IMG/VR virus record: IMGVR_UViG_3300025471_000688
DNA from: an uncultured virus (IMG/VR IMGVR_UViG_3300025471_000688)
Lineage: Duplodnaviria > Heunggongvirae > Uroviricota > Caudoviricetes
Direction: 5' to 3' (one strand)
DNA length: 32,480 bases
In this document: positions 1 to 8,878 of the stretch, piece by piece
Layout: every line of letters starts with the position of its first letter
Position numbering within the stretch: the first letter of the stretch is position 1
Made by a program: the position numbers and the translations under genes
The notes under the pieces: generated by a model
What the model was told of the DNA's origin: nothing
The model's database searches: none
Seen by the model: only the letters and a program-made list of their open reading frames with translations

Positions 1-336
1 AGGGGAGGACCTGCTGTGGGCGCGGTGCCAGCGCGACAAACTGATCTCCGCCTCGAACACCAGTTCACAGACGGACTGGCCTCCGGCAAAAGAGATTACA
101 GGTGAAAGACGTTCCGGCCTGAGTCATGCTCGACGCATTCGGCGAGTCCGGCCGCTGAGTCTTTTCTTACCCTCCGCCACTGTCGCTAGCGCTCGCGAAT
201 GGCTTCTGCATTCCCGTCTCCGATATTCGCGAGCACGATGAATATACGACTCCGGATTTGCGGCGTACCGCCGCCGGACGCAAGGCATTTTGGTGTTTGA
301 TGTCCTTTTCGGTCAGTCTCGGCCAGCCCCCCGAGG

Positions 337-3300
337 CTAGGTCTGGATCACCACAGTCAGATCCGCTCCCGGATCCGGCGATGCCACGGCGAGTATGTCG
401 AACGCCAGGTCGTCGCCCTCATTCAGGATGGGCGTCGGCCAGACGGTCGGGCGGACCGTCGCGCCCAAGGGATGGTCCTTCGTGAAGATCGCCGTGAACG
501 TCTGGTTGTCCGGGTTGGCCGCGAGCACCTCGACGTACTCCTCGTCGGCTTGCCCCAGGTTGATGTGCACGAACTCGCCGACATCGAAGCCAAGCCGGTT
601 CGCGCCGTAGGAGGCGGTCGCGACCGTTTGCGGGTCTGGACCAGCGGTCACCGCCTGATAGAGAAAAATGCCGAAGTCGTTGTAGGGCAGCCGTCGCGTT
701 TCCGGCCGCCCATACCCTCGCTCCACCTGGAAATCGTAGGTGGTCTTAAACGGTATGGGTGGAATGACCCGCTGCGCAATCCCCATGTACTCGAGCGGCT
801 CCCAGGTCGCGCCGCCGTCCCGGCTGATCTTGACCAGATAGGCGGACTGCCCGTCCGACGTGCCCCGCTGCACGTAGGCGTAGATGCAGCGGATCGAAGC
901 CGGGTCCTGCACTTTCATCGGAATCGCCACCGTGTCTGCGACCGCGAGCGGGCCGGGAATTTGGAACGTGTAGGCGCCGCCCGAGCACGTCCGGTCGCCC
1001 GGCATGAACGGCTCGTTGTGGTGCGAGAGCGGCCAAACGGTGAACGGCCCGAAGCCGAAATGGTTCGCCACGCCCACGAGCATCGCAACCACGCACGCCG
1101 AGGGGAGCTTCGCCTCAACGCGCGCCGGGATGCCAGGGGTCCGGAAGAAGCCTTTCTTCACCGAGTAGGTGAAGATCTTGTAGTCGAGCTTGAAGAACCG
1201 GATGCCCTTCGCGTGAGCGCAGCGGAACGTGCCGAACGTGGCGAAGCCGGGATCGACGCCGGGCCAGGCGCGCTGTATCACAAAGTTGCCCGAAGGCACC
1301 ACGTCGCCCTCGTTGCCGGGGCCGACTATCTGCGCGCACTCATACGACCTCCGGCCCGGATGGTCCGGGTCCGTCGCCTCATCGTTGAAGACCACGAAGT
1401 CGCCCACGCGGAAAACGCGCGCGGTATCCGGGTTCACCCTGCAGGAGACGGTCACCGGGTCCGTGTCCTTGTCGATAGGAGCTTCGAGGCGGGCCCAAAG
1501 ATCGGTCGCCAGCTCATCCACGTAGTACAGCGCCATCGCGACCTGGTGTGCGCCGGCGATGTTCATGTTGCCGGAAGCGTCCGGCTGCACCTGGATGTCG
1601 TCGAGCGCGATGGTGCCGTAATCGCCCAGCTTCGGCGTGCCCACCACGATGCCAGGAACACCGGTGTCGTGCAGGATTTCCTCCGGCACGGGCGATGGTT
1701 CGACGTCGGCGGGCTTGGGGCCGGCGACCAGGTCGTACATGCTGTCGGTGGTCGTGCGGCCCTGGATGTCGATCGAGAAGTCCTTGTTCAGCCGCCAGGA
1801 TGTGACGCGGAACTCGCCGCTCGCGCCAGGCATGTCCGGATGCGTCATCGAGCAGACCATGCCCGGCTCGGTGTTGAGCGCGAGCACGGTGGTCTTGAAT
1901 GAGACCTGGCGCGCCTTCTTCCATTCCGTCGCGCTCGTTCCGCCCAACTCCTCGCGGAGCCGCACGCTCACGATGCGCGCCGCCTGCGACTTGGTCGAGG
2001 CGCCGCACAGGTTCACGTTCGACTTCAGAAACAATGGCCCGGCGCCACCGCCGATCAGCGCGGCGTGGTCGATGTCGTAGACCGCCACGCTGTTGTTGAC
2101 GAAGCTGAAATCCTGGTCGGCGAAGTTGGCCGTGAGGTGGTTGAAGGAGGGCTTGAGCGGCGCGAGCTCCAGGCTGCGGAACAGGATGTTGCCTTCGGTG
2201 AAGGCCTCGACCACGGAGGAGTTGTTGCGGATGCCGATCTTGAGCTTGCCGAAGGCGAAGGTGTAGTAGCCCAGGCAGTTCATGAGCACTTCCTGGAGCC
2301 AGTCGCGCAGGGGCTTCTCCTCCTGGATCACGCCGCGAAACTTGAACTGCGTCTCAGTGCCCGTGCCGACGAGCTTCGTCACCTGTTGGTCGCAGATCGA
2401 TGCCGCGTCGATCGCAGCCTGTACGTCGAAGAACGTCTCGGCAAAATCGAGCTGCTGGGTGGTGGCGTCCGCGCCCAGGCGAAGCCCGCGCGCCCGGAGC
2501 ATCATGTTGACGGCGATCCAAACGGGATTAGTGAGCGCCGGCCCGTAGACACGCACGCCCGGGCTGGTCCACACCCAGCCGCGCAGGCCTTGCTGGACCG
2601 TCGCGATCATGGCATGGTCGCCAGGCCTCGACAGTTGCAGGCCCTTGGCGTCCGACCGGCGGATCACGATGAACGAGGTTCCGGCCGCGAAGTTGTCCTT
2701 GTAGGTCGAGTTGCCGGAGTAGACCTTGCGCCAGTCGCCAGCAGTCATGTCTCCGGACTGGTCGAGGGAGAAGAAGTCGGTGGCGCCCGCGGGATCGTTG
2801 CCGAGGCAGGTGCGCAAGCCGTAGTCGTTGTTCGGGAAGCCGTGGTGGGCCTGGCCATCGAGCGTGTGGCCGACGAAGGTTTCCGCCTTGCCGTCGCCGT
2901 CCTTGTCTTCCATGCGCGGCGTGGTGAATGCCACGAGCGGCCCTTCGCCCACGATGCCCAGCGCCTCGTAGAAATCGCTCTCGTCCCGGCCCGCCGCGAT
3001 TTTGCAGTTCACCGGCATGTCGGTGTCGGTGTAGATCTCGGGCAGCACCTGGTCGTAAATCGACTCGGCGACGAGTGAGACGCTGGTGATGGTGGACCGC
3101 CCGAAGCCCCACACACCGGTCGAGTTGTCCTTGATGCGGACGCCCTGCGGTTCGGCCACGATGCCGCCGTAGTAGCGCTTCATTCCGTGCGCGAGACATC
3201 CGTTCGGCGTCTCATAGTTCTTGTCGCACTTGGTGGGGTTGGCTTCGGGGAAATGCATCAAGTCGAGCGCGCCGTGCTCGGCGAACGGGCAGGCCTGCGA

Positions 3301-4200
3301 GTTGAACGCCTTCCAGCAGGTGCGGGAGATCTTGCGCGTCGGGTAGGGCAGGTTCAGCTCATAGAGGCCGTCCGAAGCCGTGACCTTGAACTCCGGGCCG
3401 GCATCGAGCGACCAGTTGACGATGTCGCCCTTCCAAAGATCCAGCTTGATGCCGGTGCCCACGTGGAACAGCGAGAACTCGATCGAGGCGCGGTAGAGGT
3501 CCACGTCGTTGGCGAGGTCACGCATGACGCGGTCGGCGTTGCCGAAGGTGAAGGAGGCGTCGTCGGCCTCGCTGCCCATTCCCTGCGAGATGCCGTCGAA
3601 ATCGAGCAGGCGGGCTTGGTAGAGCCGGCCGCCGATAGTGCAGCGGCGGTCGGAGAGATAGATTGCCGGGTAGCCGGACTGGAGCGGCTGGATCCTGACG
3701 AGCGGGATAACCTGCTGGATCTGCGAGAGCAGCGCGTCCTTGAGCGCTTGGGAGGGGAAGCGGGTGACGGTGGAGTTCAGCGCGTATGCGGGCGTGGTGG
3801 TCGGAATTTCGATCAACGTGACGCCGACGGAGCAGGCCCAGTCGGCGACCATTTCCCAGGACAGCGGTTCGTTGGCGAAGCGGCAGATGTGAGGCGTAGT
3901 TCCGATGCCGTCGTCGTTCGGCGCGTTATAGGTGAACGCGCCGTAGGGGCCGTATTTCGACTCCCAGAAGTTGCGCAGGGCAATCCGTTCGGAATCGCGC
4001 AGCCAGGCACGCCGCACGGTAAAGCGCACAGCGCCGGTGCCCAGCAAGAACCGCTGCTCGATCTTCGCGTTGCCGGAGCCGAACTGGTGGATTACCACCT
4101 CGGGCAGCTGCGCGCGGCCGTGCGGGTAGTCGGGCGCGATCGGGAACGTGCCGCTCGGCGTGATCTCCGGGACGGCGATGTTGCCGATGTAATCAGGCAT
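337..4200 (-). CDS. Large tail-tip/host-specificity protein (1287 aa), apparent fusion of distal-tail-like, gpL/hub-like and gpJ-like regions
   Basis: Last gene of the tail operon. N-terminus resembles gpM-like proteins (ALRNFWESKYGPYGAFTYNAP); Cys cluster CWKAFNSQAC...KCDKNYETPNGC; central PVWIAVNMML...FRGVIQEEKPLRDWLQEVL segment typical of gpJ-like tip proteins. Confidence 0.85.
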   Translation of the reverse strand: MPDYIGNIAVPEITPSGTFPIAPDYPHGRAQLPEVVIHQFGSGNAKIEQRFLLGTGAVRFTVRRAWLRDSERIALRNFWESKYGPYGAFTYNAPNDDGIGTTPHICRFANEPLSWEMVADWACSVGVTLIEIPTTTPAYALNSTVTRFPSQALKDALLSQIQQVIPLVRIQPLQSGYPAIYLSDRRCTIGGRLYQARLLDFDGISQGMGSEADDASFTFGNADRVMRDLANDVDLYRASIEFSLFHVGTGIKLDLWKGDIVNWSLDAGPEFKVTASDGLYELNLPYPTRKISRTCWKAFNSQACPFAEHGALDLMHFPEANPTKCDKNYETPNGCLAHGMKRYYGGIVAEPQGVRIKDNSTGVWGFGRSTITSVSLVAESIYDQVLPEIYTDTDMPVNCKIAAGRDESDFYEALGIVGEGPLVAFTTPRMEDKDGDGKAETFVGHTLDGQAHHGFPNNDYGLRTCLGNDPAGATDFFSLDQSGDMTAGDWRKVYSGNSTYKDNFAAGTSFIVIRRSDAKGLQLSRPGDHAMIATVQQGLRGWVWTSPGVRVYGPALTNPVWIAVNMMLRARGLRLGADATTQQLDFAETFFDVQAAIDAASICDQQVTKLVGTGTETQFKFRGVIQEEKPLRDWLQEVLMNCLGYYTFAFGKLKIGIRNNSSVVEAFTEGNILFRSLELAPLKPSFNHLTANFADQDFSFVNNSVAVYDIDHAALIGGGAGPLFLKSNVNLCGASTKSQAARIVSVRLREELGGTSATEWKKARQVSFKTTVLALNTEPGMVCSMTHPDMPGASGEFRVTSWRLNKDFSIDIQGRTTTDSMYDLVAGPKPADVEPSPVPEEILHDTGVPGIVVGTPKLGDYGTIALDDIQVQPDASGNMNIAGAHQVAMALYYVDELATDLWARLEAPIDKDTDPVTVSCRVNPDTARVFRVGDFVVFNDEATDPDHPGRRSYECAQIVGPGNEGDVVPSGNFVIQRAWPGVDPGFATFGTFRCAHAKGIRFFKLDYKIFTYSVKKGFFRTPGIPARVEAKLPSACVVAMLVGVANHFGFGPFTVWPLSHHNEPFMPGDRTCSGGAYTFQIPGPLAVADTVAIPMKVQDPASIRCIYAYVQRGTSDGQSAYLVKISRDGGATWEPLEYMGIAQRVIPPIPFKTTYDFQVERGYGRPETRRLPYNDFGIFLYQAVTAGPDPQTVATASYGANRLGFDVGEFVHINLGQADEEYVEVLAANPDNQTFTAIFTKDHPLGATVRPTVWPTPILNEGDDLAFDILAVASPDPGADLTVVIQT

Positions 4201-4513
4201 GGGTCAACGGCTGCTTCGGTTGATACTCCAGATGGAGGTGGTCTTTTTCAAGAACCACGTCGTAGTCCGCTCCAAGGCACTGCTTGATGCGCGCGATGGC
4301 CTTATCCGCGTCGCCCGGACGGAAATGGCGGCTGCGGAGGTCCACGGCGAGGCCGCAGTAATGCAGGGAGCCACTCATGTGGGCGCCATCCACGCACGCC
4401 GTCACGACGCAATCCACACCCATCTCGGCGCAGACGCGCTCCGCAGCGATGATCGCGAACAGAATCTCCGGCCGCAGGCCGGCAACGCGGACTCCCGGTT
4501 TGAGCAGCAGCAT
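4193..4513 (-). CDS. Zinc peptidase M15-like protein (106 aa), putative endolysin or tail-associated lysin
   Basis: SLHYCGLAVDLR (H-x6-D) and DHLHLEY (HxH) zinc-ligand motifs. ATG at 4513 overlaps the upstream TGA (TGATG), so the real start is not 4861. Confidence 0.75.
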   Translation of the reverse strand: MLLLKPGVRVAGLRPEILFAIIAAERVCAEMGVDCVVTACVDGAHMSGSLHYCGLAVDLRSRHFRPGDADKAIARIKQCLGADYDVVLEKDHLHLEYQPKQPLTHA

Positions 4514-4914
4514 CAGGCTACCTCCAGCAGTTCGATTTCGACCACGGCTCGCCCAGGTGACACGGACTGGCTCCACTCGCAGTTGAACCGCACGGTGTAG
4601 CGGCCCGCGACTGCCTGGCCGGTCGAGTCGTAAGAGAACTTGGGGTTCGTCTCGTAAGGGTCGTAGAAATAGAACGGCTCGGCGGGGCCGTTCCGGGCCT
4701 CGTAGAAAGCCCGAAGCGCCTGGAGTTGCGCCGGAGTCAACCGCTTGGCCAGACGCCATCGCTTGCGGCTGGTCGAGCTCTCGACCGAGCGCTGCGATTC
4801 GCCGTTCCGGTACTCGTTGTCGATAACCGGGTACTCCCGCGTGTGAACGAACGCGAGGCACAAGCTTTGTGGCAGCACCGTCGCGGGCATGGTGGTTTGG
4901 ACGGAACCGGGCAT
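4513..4914 (-). CDS. Distal tail/minor tail protein (gpM/DUF2460-like, 133 aa)
   Basis: Position after tape measure; YRNGESQR...LRAFYEARNGPAEPFYFYDP pattern typical of gpM-like distal tail proteins; ATG at 4914. Confidence 0.75.
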   Translation of the reverse strand: MPGSVQTTMPATVLPQSLCLAFVHTREYPVIDNEYRNGESQRSVESSTSRKRWRLAKRLTPAQLQALRAFYEARNGPAEPFYFYDPYETNPKFSYDSTGQAVAGRYTVRFNCEWSQSVSPGRAVVEIELLEVA

Positions 4915-4927
4915 CACGCTACCTGCG

Positions 4928-4967
4928 AAACACATGTGTTGCAAACAAAACAGATGTGTTGTACCTT
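4928..4967 (+). promoter_or_regulatory. hicAB sigma70-type promoter overlapped by two operator-like repeats
   Basis: TTGCAA (4939-4944), 17 bp, TACCTT (4962-4967). Repeats AAACACATGTGTTG (4928-4941, containing palindrome AACACATGTGTT) and AAACAGATGTGTTG (4948-4961). Confidence 0.7.
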
Positions 4968-4973
4968 GAGAGC

Positions 4974-5156
4974 GTGACGAGCGCCGAGTTCAAGCGGTGG
5001 CTGGAAAAGCAAGGCTGCACATTTGAACCCGGCAAGGGAGGTCATCTCAAAGTCCGAAGAGGACGACGCTTCTCCGTGCTTCCCATGCACGGCTCCAACA
5101 AGGAGATCGGCAAGGGGCTCGCGGCGAAGATCAAGAAGGACCTCGGTCTCAATTGA
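4974..5156 (+). CDS. hicA: HicA family toxin (mRNA interferase, about 60 aa)
   Basis: Small basic protein with GKGGHLK (GxH) and VLPMH motifs, ending KIKKDLGL; directly upstream of a HicB gene; GTG start at 4974. Confidence 0.9.
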   Translation: MTSAEFKRWLEKQGCTFEPGKGGHLKVRRGRRFSVLPMHGSNKEIGKGLAAKIKKDLGLN

Positions 5157-5165
5157 GGAGCCATT

Positions 5166-5591
5166 ATGCTGCGCTATCCCGTTAAATTGGAGCGTGACAC
5201 CAACGGCACAATCCTGGTCAGCTTCCCCGACGTGCCCGAAGCGCACACATTCGGCGATGATCGCGAGGAAGCCCTGGCCCGCGCCACGGACGCACTCGAA
5301 ACTGCTCTGATGGGCTACATGGAGGACCGCCAACCCATCCCGAAACCCTCACCTTTCAGACGCGGACCGCACGTAGTCCTCCCAGCTCTGACCGAAGCAA
5401 AACTGGCTCTCTATTCGACGATGCGGGCCGGGCGCATTAGCAAGACCGAACTGGCGAGACGGTTGAACTGCCATCTTCCCCAGGTGGACCGTCTGCTCGA
5501 TTTACGGCACGGCTCACGGCTGGATCAGTTGGAAGCGGCATTCCGCGCCATGGGCAAGCAGCTATCCGTACAGATCCTGGATGCTGCCTGA
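5166..5591 (+). CDS. hicB: HicB family antitoxin with C-terminal HTH (141 aa)
   Basis: N-terminal YPVKL...VSFPDVPEAHTFGDDREEAL HicB fold; C-terminal SKTELARRLNCHLPQVDRLLD helix-turn-helix; GAGGAG SD. Confidence 0.92.
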   Translation: MLRYPVKLERDTNGTILVSFPDVPEAHTFGDDREEALARATDALETALMGYMEDRQPIPKPSPFRRGPHVVLPALTEAKLALYSTMRAGRISKTELARRLNCHLPQVDRLLDLRHGSRLDQLEAAFRAMGKQLSVQILDAA

Positions 5592-5596
5592 GGCGC

Positions 5597-8500
5597 TCAA
5601 CCTACCAACGTCCCCGGACTCACCTGCAGCGCGATCATCTCGCGTCGGCCTGAGTTGCTCTTCATGGCGTTGATCGCGCCCTGCGCCACAACGCGCCCAT
5701 TCTGGACGATCACGTTGCCGACCGTCTTCGAGTCGATCTGGAGATTGACCACCGTCGTGCCGGGCCCGGCGCCTGAGGCGACGCCGCCGCCGATCCTGTC
5801 GAGCGTCGGAAGGCCGCCCAGGCCGGGGAGGGCGGCGCCGTTCGAATATCCCGGCGACTGATATAGCGAGCCGCCAACCTGCACAACGTCGAGTGGGTGA
5901 ACCGTGGCGGGCATGCCCCGGGTCGGCTGGCCCGTGCTCATTGCGTACAACTGGACCAGGTCGCGCACCTGCTGGCTTCGGATGGCCATGTCGAGGTTGC
6001 CGCCGAAGGCCTGCCTGGCGGTGTCCACTATCTGCTTGAGCAGTCCCTTGTCGGAGATGTCGACGCCGTACAGGGCTTTGATCTTTTCGCGCGCCTTCTC
6101 CTCCGCGCTCTTGACAAACAGCCGCGCTAGGCCGGCGACGAACCCGGCGCCGGCGCCGATGGCCGTTCCCAATGGCCCGCCGAATTTCGCGCCGATCATC
6201 GCGCCGCCCGCCGTGGTCATGGCCACGCCAGACCAGCCGCCGCGCCGCAGTCCTTCGAGTGCGAGGATGCTCCCGCCAGCCAGCAGCGCGCCACCCTGCC
6301 AGCCGCCGATCCCGCGCGCATCGGCGATTTTGGTCAGGTTGCCCATCTCGTCCAGGCGCCAACGCTCCGGCCGGTAGCCGATTTTGCCGAGGTTGCTCAG
6401 GAGGTCTTTCCATCCTTTGAAGCCGCCCAGGATGCCGACGCCTGCCTTCGAGGTGAGGCCGCCGCCACCGGCGTCGCCGGTGCTCGGGATGAACGGGGGC
6501 GTGCCCCAGCCGCCGACCGCCCCGCCTGGAATCGGCCCGCCCATACCGCCGAACACCGGCATCGCCCCGATGCCCAGCAGCCCGCCGAGAATGCCGCCAC
6601 CTCCGCCGGAACCAGCACCGCCGCCCGCGAACGTCACTCTATGACCGGTAAACAGGTACATCAGCATCGCAGCCACGCGCGAAGTAACAACCTCTTTGAT
6701 CGCCGTCAGCAACGCGGTCTTGAACGAGTTCGCGATCGCCGACCACACGGACTGCGATTTCTGAAGCAGCGCATCGAATACGCCGTCGGCCTGCTGCTTG
6801 AGCGACTCGAAGATCGTGCGGTTGTGCTCGCGCACCAGTTGAGCCGCCCGGTTGGCGGCATTCTCGCGCGCGGCCTGGATCGCGGCGTCCGTGGCTTCCT
6901 GGTTCTGCCGCCGGATGTCCTCGCGCTGCTGACTCAGTTCCGCGATCCGCGCCTTGATTGCGTCCGCCTGATACCCGAGCCGCTTTAGCGTCAGCTCCTC
7001 TTCGAGCAGCATCCGCGAGGTGTCCATATCGTAAAGGCGCTGCCTCACCTCGTGGACCTTCTCCAGGTAGTCGACCTCAATCTCTGCCTTGCGCTGCTCG
7101 ACGGCGATCTTCTGCTCGAGCGTCTGTGCGTCGGCGCCCTCAAGCTCGCGGAGGTGAGCGTCGCGCTCGAAGCCGGCCCGCTGCTCCTCGAAGGCATACA
7201 CCTGGCGCAGGTGATCGAGTTTGCGCTCGGCGATCTCGGCGTCGTTCTGGATGCGCTGCTGAAAGCGGCGCGCCTCGAATTCCATCGCGCGCTGGTGCGC
7301 CTCTTCTTCATCCTTCAGATACTCGGCCAGCGCCTGCTTGTTTTCGATCGCGAAGTGCTGCTTGAAGGCTTCGAGTTTCTGTCGCGCCTCGTCAATGATC
7401 GCGTTCCAGGCCGCCTTCGTAAGGGCAACGTAGCGGGAGATGCCGCGCTCATCGACGAACGTGGTGCGCTTGGCGATCGCGGCGTTGATTTCGGCGATGT
7501 CCTTGGCGAAGCCGGTCTTGCCAGCGCCTGCCGCGGCGATGGCCCGTTCCCGGAAGAACGTCTCGTTTTCGGCCTGGCGCTTCCGGATCTCCTGCGCGAG
7601 CTTCAGCGCGTCCACATCCGGCTCGCCCGCGATCTTGATCTTGGGCAGACCGGCCCCAAACTCGCCCCACGGCTCCTCTTCGCCGGGCAGCAACCTGCGG
7701 CCGGAGACCAGTTCGCGGATTTGCTCGTCCGTCATCCCGCGTTTCCGGAGGTCGGCGAGGGACGTCTTGCCGGACAGGAGTTGCTGCCGGAGCGCGGCGT
7801 TCTCCATCTCGCGGCCGCGCGCCTCCAGGCCCTCCTGCATATCCCTGTACGACTTGTAGACAATCGCGCCTGCGGTGACGACGCCCGTGATGAGCAACGC
7901 CCAGGGATTCCGCGTAAGCGCCAGAGTGAGCGCATCGACGGCTTTGGCGATGCCCAGAATCTTGGTCGCGATGGCGTAGGTGGTGAGGATGCCCGCCAGC
8001 CAAACAGCCATCGTGCCGAACTTTTCAATCCAGGTAACGTTCTCCTTGAGCCAGCCGACCAGGTCCGTCAAGTGGCCGACGACGGCTTTCAACTCGCTTT
8101 GGAAAGCGCGGCCGACATCGTCCTTGAGGTCCTCCAGCTCGCGCGAGAGCTTCTCCATCTGGCCGTCGACGCTCTCGGCTTTGGCCGCGGCCGCACCCTG
8201 AATCTCCGTCGCCGCCCGCATCACGGCGTTGTAGCGGACCTGCTTGGCTTCGAGGTCGGTGAGCGTTCGGCCGCGCTTCAGCTCCTCAACTTGAACTGCC
8301 TTGTTCAGATCGACAAACAGGCTCATTGTCCGCAGGCCGCGGCTCTGGCCGGTCTCGATCGCCAGCATGATTTTCTCGAAGGCCTCGGCGGCGCCGATGC
8401 CTTCCGTGCTCACGGCGGCGGCGTCCTTGGCGACGCGCGCGAGGCCCTGCGCCTTCTGCAGGCCGATGTCGGCGATGATGAGCTTCTGGACGCTGGTGGT

Positions 8501-8878
8501 GGCGTCCTCCGAGGTATAGCCGACCTGGCGAATGGCCTCGATGGCCTTCGTTGCGGCGGCCGCGCCGTCGCCGTGCGCTTTAGCCAGAGTGCGCGTGATG
8601 GAGACCAGCCGGTCTTCGTGCGCCGCCTGCCGCGCAGCCCCAATGGTCCACTCCTTCCCGAAGTCGATAACCTTCTTGATTGCGTCCGCGAGTAGGTTGC
8701 CGGCCGTGGCGCCTTTTACCATCGAGGCGGTCATCCCGTCGATGCCCTGCGAGGCGCCGCGCGCGGCTTTCGTGGCGGTCGCCTCGATATTCGACAGATT
8801 GGTATTGACGCTCTTGATGGACTGGTTCGCCTTATCGACTTCGATGGTGACGACCAGCTCGAGCTTGTTATCGGCCAT
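5597..8878 (-). CDS. Tape measure protein (1093 aa)
   Basis: Long Ala-rich helical/coiled-coil protein with hydrophobic segments and a Gly-rich C-terminal region; follows the chaperone genes. Confidence 0.9.
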   Translation of the reverse strand: MADNKLELVVTIEVDKANQSIKSVNTNLSNIEATATKAARGASQGIDGMTASMVKGATAGNLLADAIKKVIDFGKEWTIGAARQAAHEDRLVSITRTLAKAHGDGAAAATKAIEAIRQVGYTSEDATTSVQKLIIADIGLQKAQGLARVAKDAAAVSTEGIGAAEAFEKIMLAIETGQSRGLRTMSLFVDLNKAVQVEELKRGRTLTDLEAKQVRYNAVMRAATEIQGAAAAKAESVDGQMEKLSRELEDLKDDVGRAFQSELKAVVGHLTDLVGWLKENVTWIEKFGTMAVWLAGILTTYAIATKILGIAKAVDALTLALTRNPWALLITGVVTAGAIVYKSYRDMQEGLEARGREMENAALRQQLLSGKTSLADLRKRGMTDEQIRELVSGRRLLPGEEEPWGEFGAGLPKIKIAGEPDVDALKLAQEIRKRQAENETFFRERAIAAAGAGKTGFAKDIAEINAAIAKRTTFVDERGISRYVALTKAAWNAIIDEARQKLEAFKQHFAIENKQALAEYLKDEEEAHQRAMEFEARRFQQRIQNDAEIAERKLDHLRQVYAFEEQRAGFERDAHLRELEGADAQTLEQKIAVEQRKAEIEVDYLEKVHEVRQRLYDMDTSRMLLEEELTLKRLGYQADAIKARIAELSQQREDIRRQNQEATDAAIQAARENAANRAAQLVREHNRTIFESLKQQADGVFDALLQKSQSVWSAIANSFKTALLTAIKEVVTSRVAAMLMYLFTGHRVTFAGGGAGSGGGGGILGGLLGIGAMPVFGGMGGPIPGGAVGGWGTPPFIPSTGDAGGGGLTSKAGVGILGGFKGWKDLLSNLGKIGYRPERWRLDEMGNLTKIADARGIGGWQGGALLAGGSILALEGLRRGGWSGVAMTTAGGAMIGAKFGGPLGTAIGAGAGFVAGLARLFVKSAEEKAREKIKALYGVDISDKGLLKQIVDTARQAFGGNLDMAIRSQQVRDLVQLYAMSTGQPTRGMPATVHPLDVVQVGGSLYQSPGYSNGAALPGLGGLPTLDRIGGGVASGAGPGTTVVNLQIDSKTVGNVIVQNGRVVAQGAINAMKSNSGRREMIALQVSPGTLVG

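Noticed and set aside
2..241. Open plus-strand frame entering from the left edge (GEDLLWARCQRDKL...)
   Set aside because: Truncated and without recognisable motifs; cannot be supported as a gene.
337..1500. Diversity-generating retroelement or invertible tail-fibre cassette
   Set aside because: No reverse transcriptase, invertase, or template/variable repeat pair seen in the window.
5700..6640. Gly-rich low-complexity repeats in the tape measure C-terminus
   Set aside because: Ordinary glycine-zipper-like composition for tape measure proteins; no exact DNA repeat unit.
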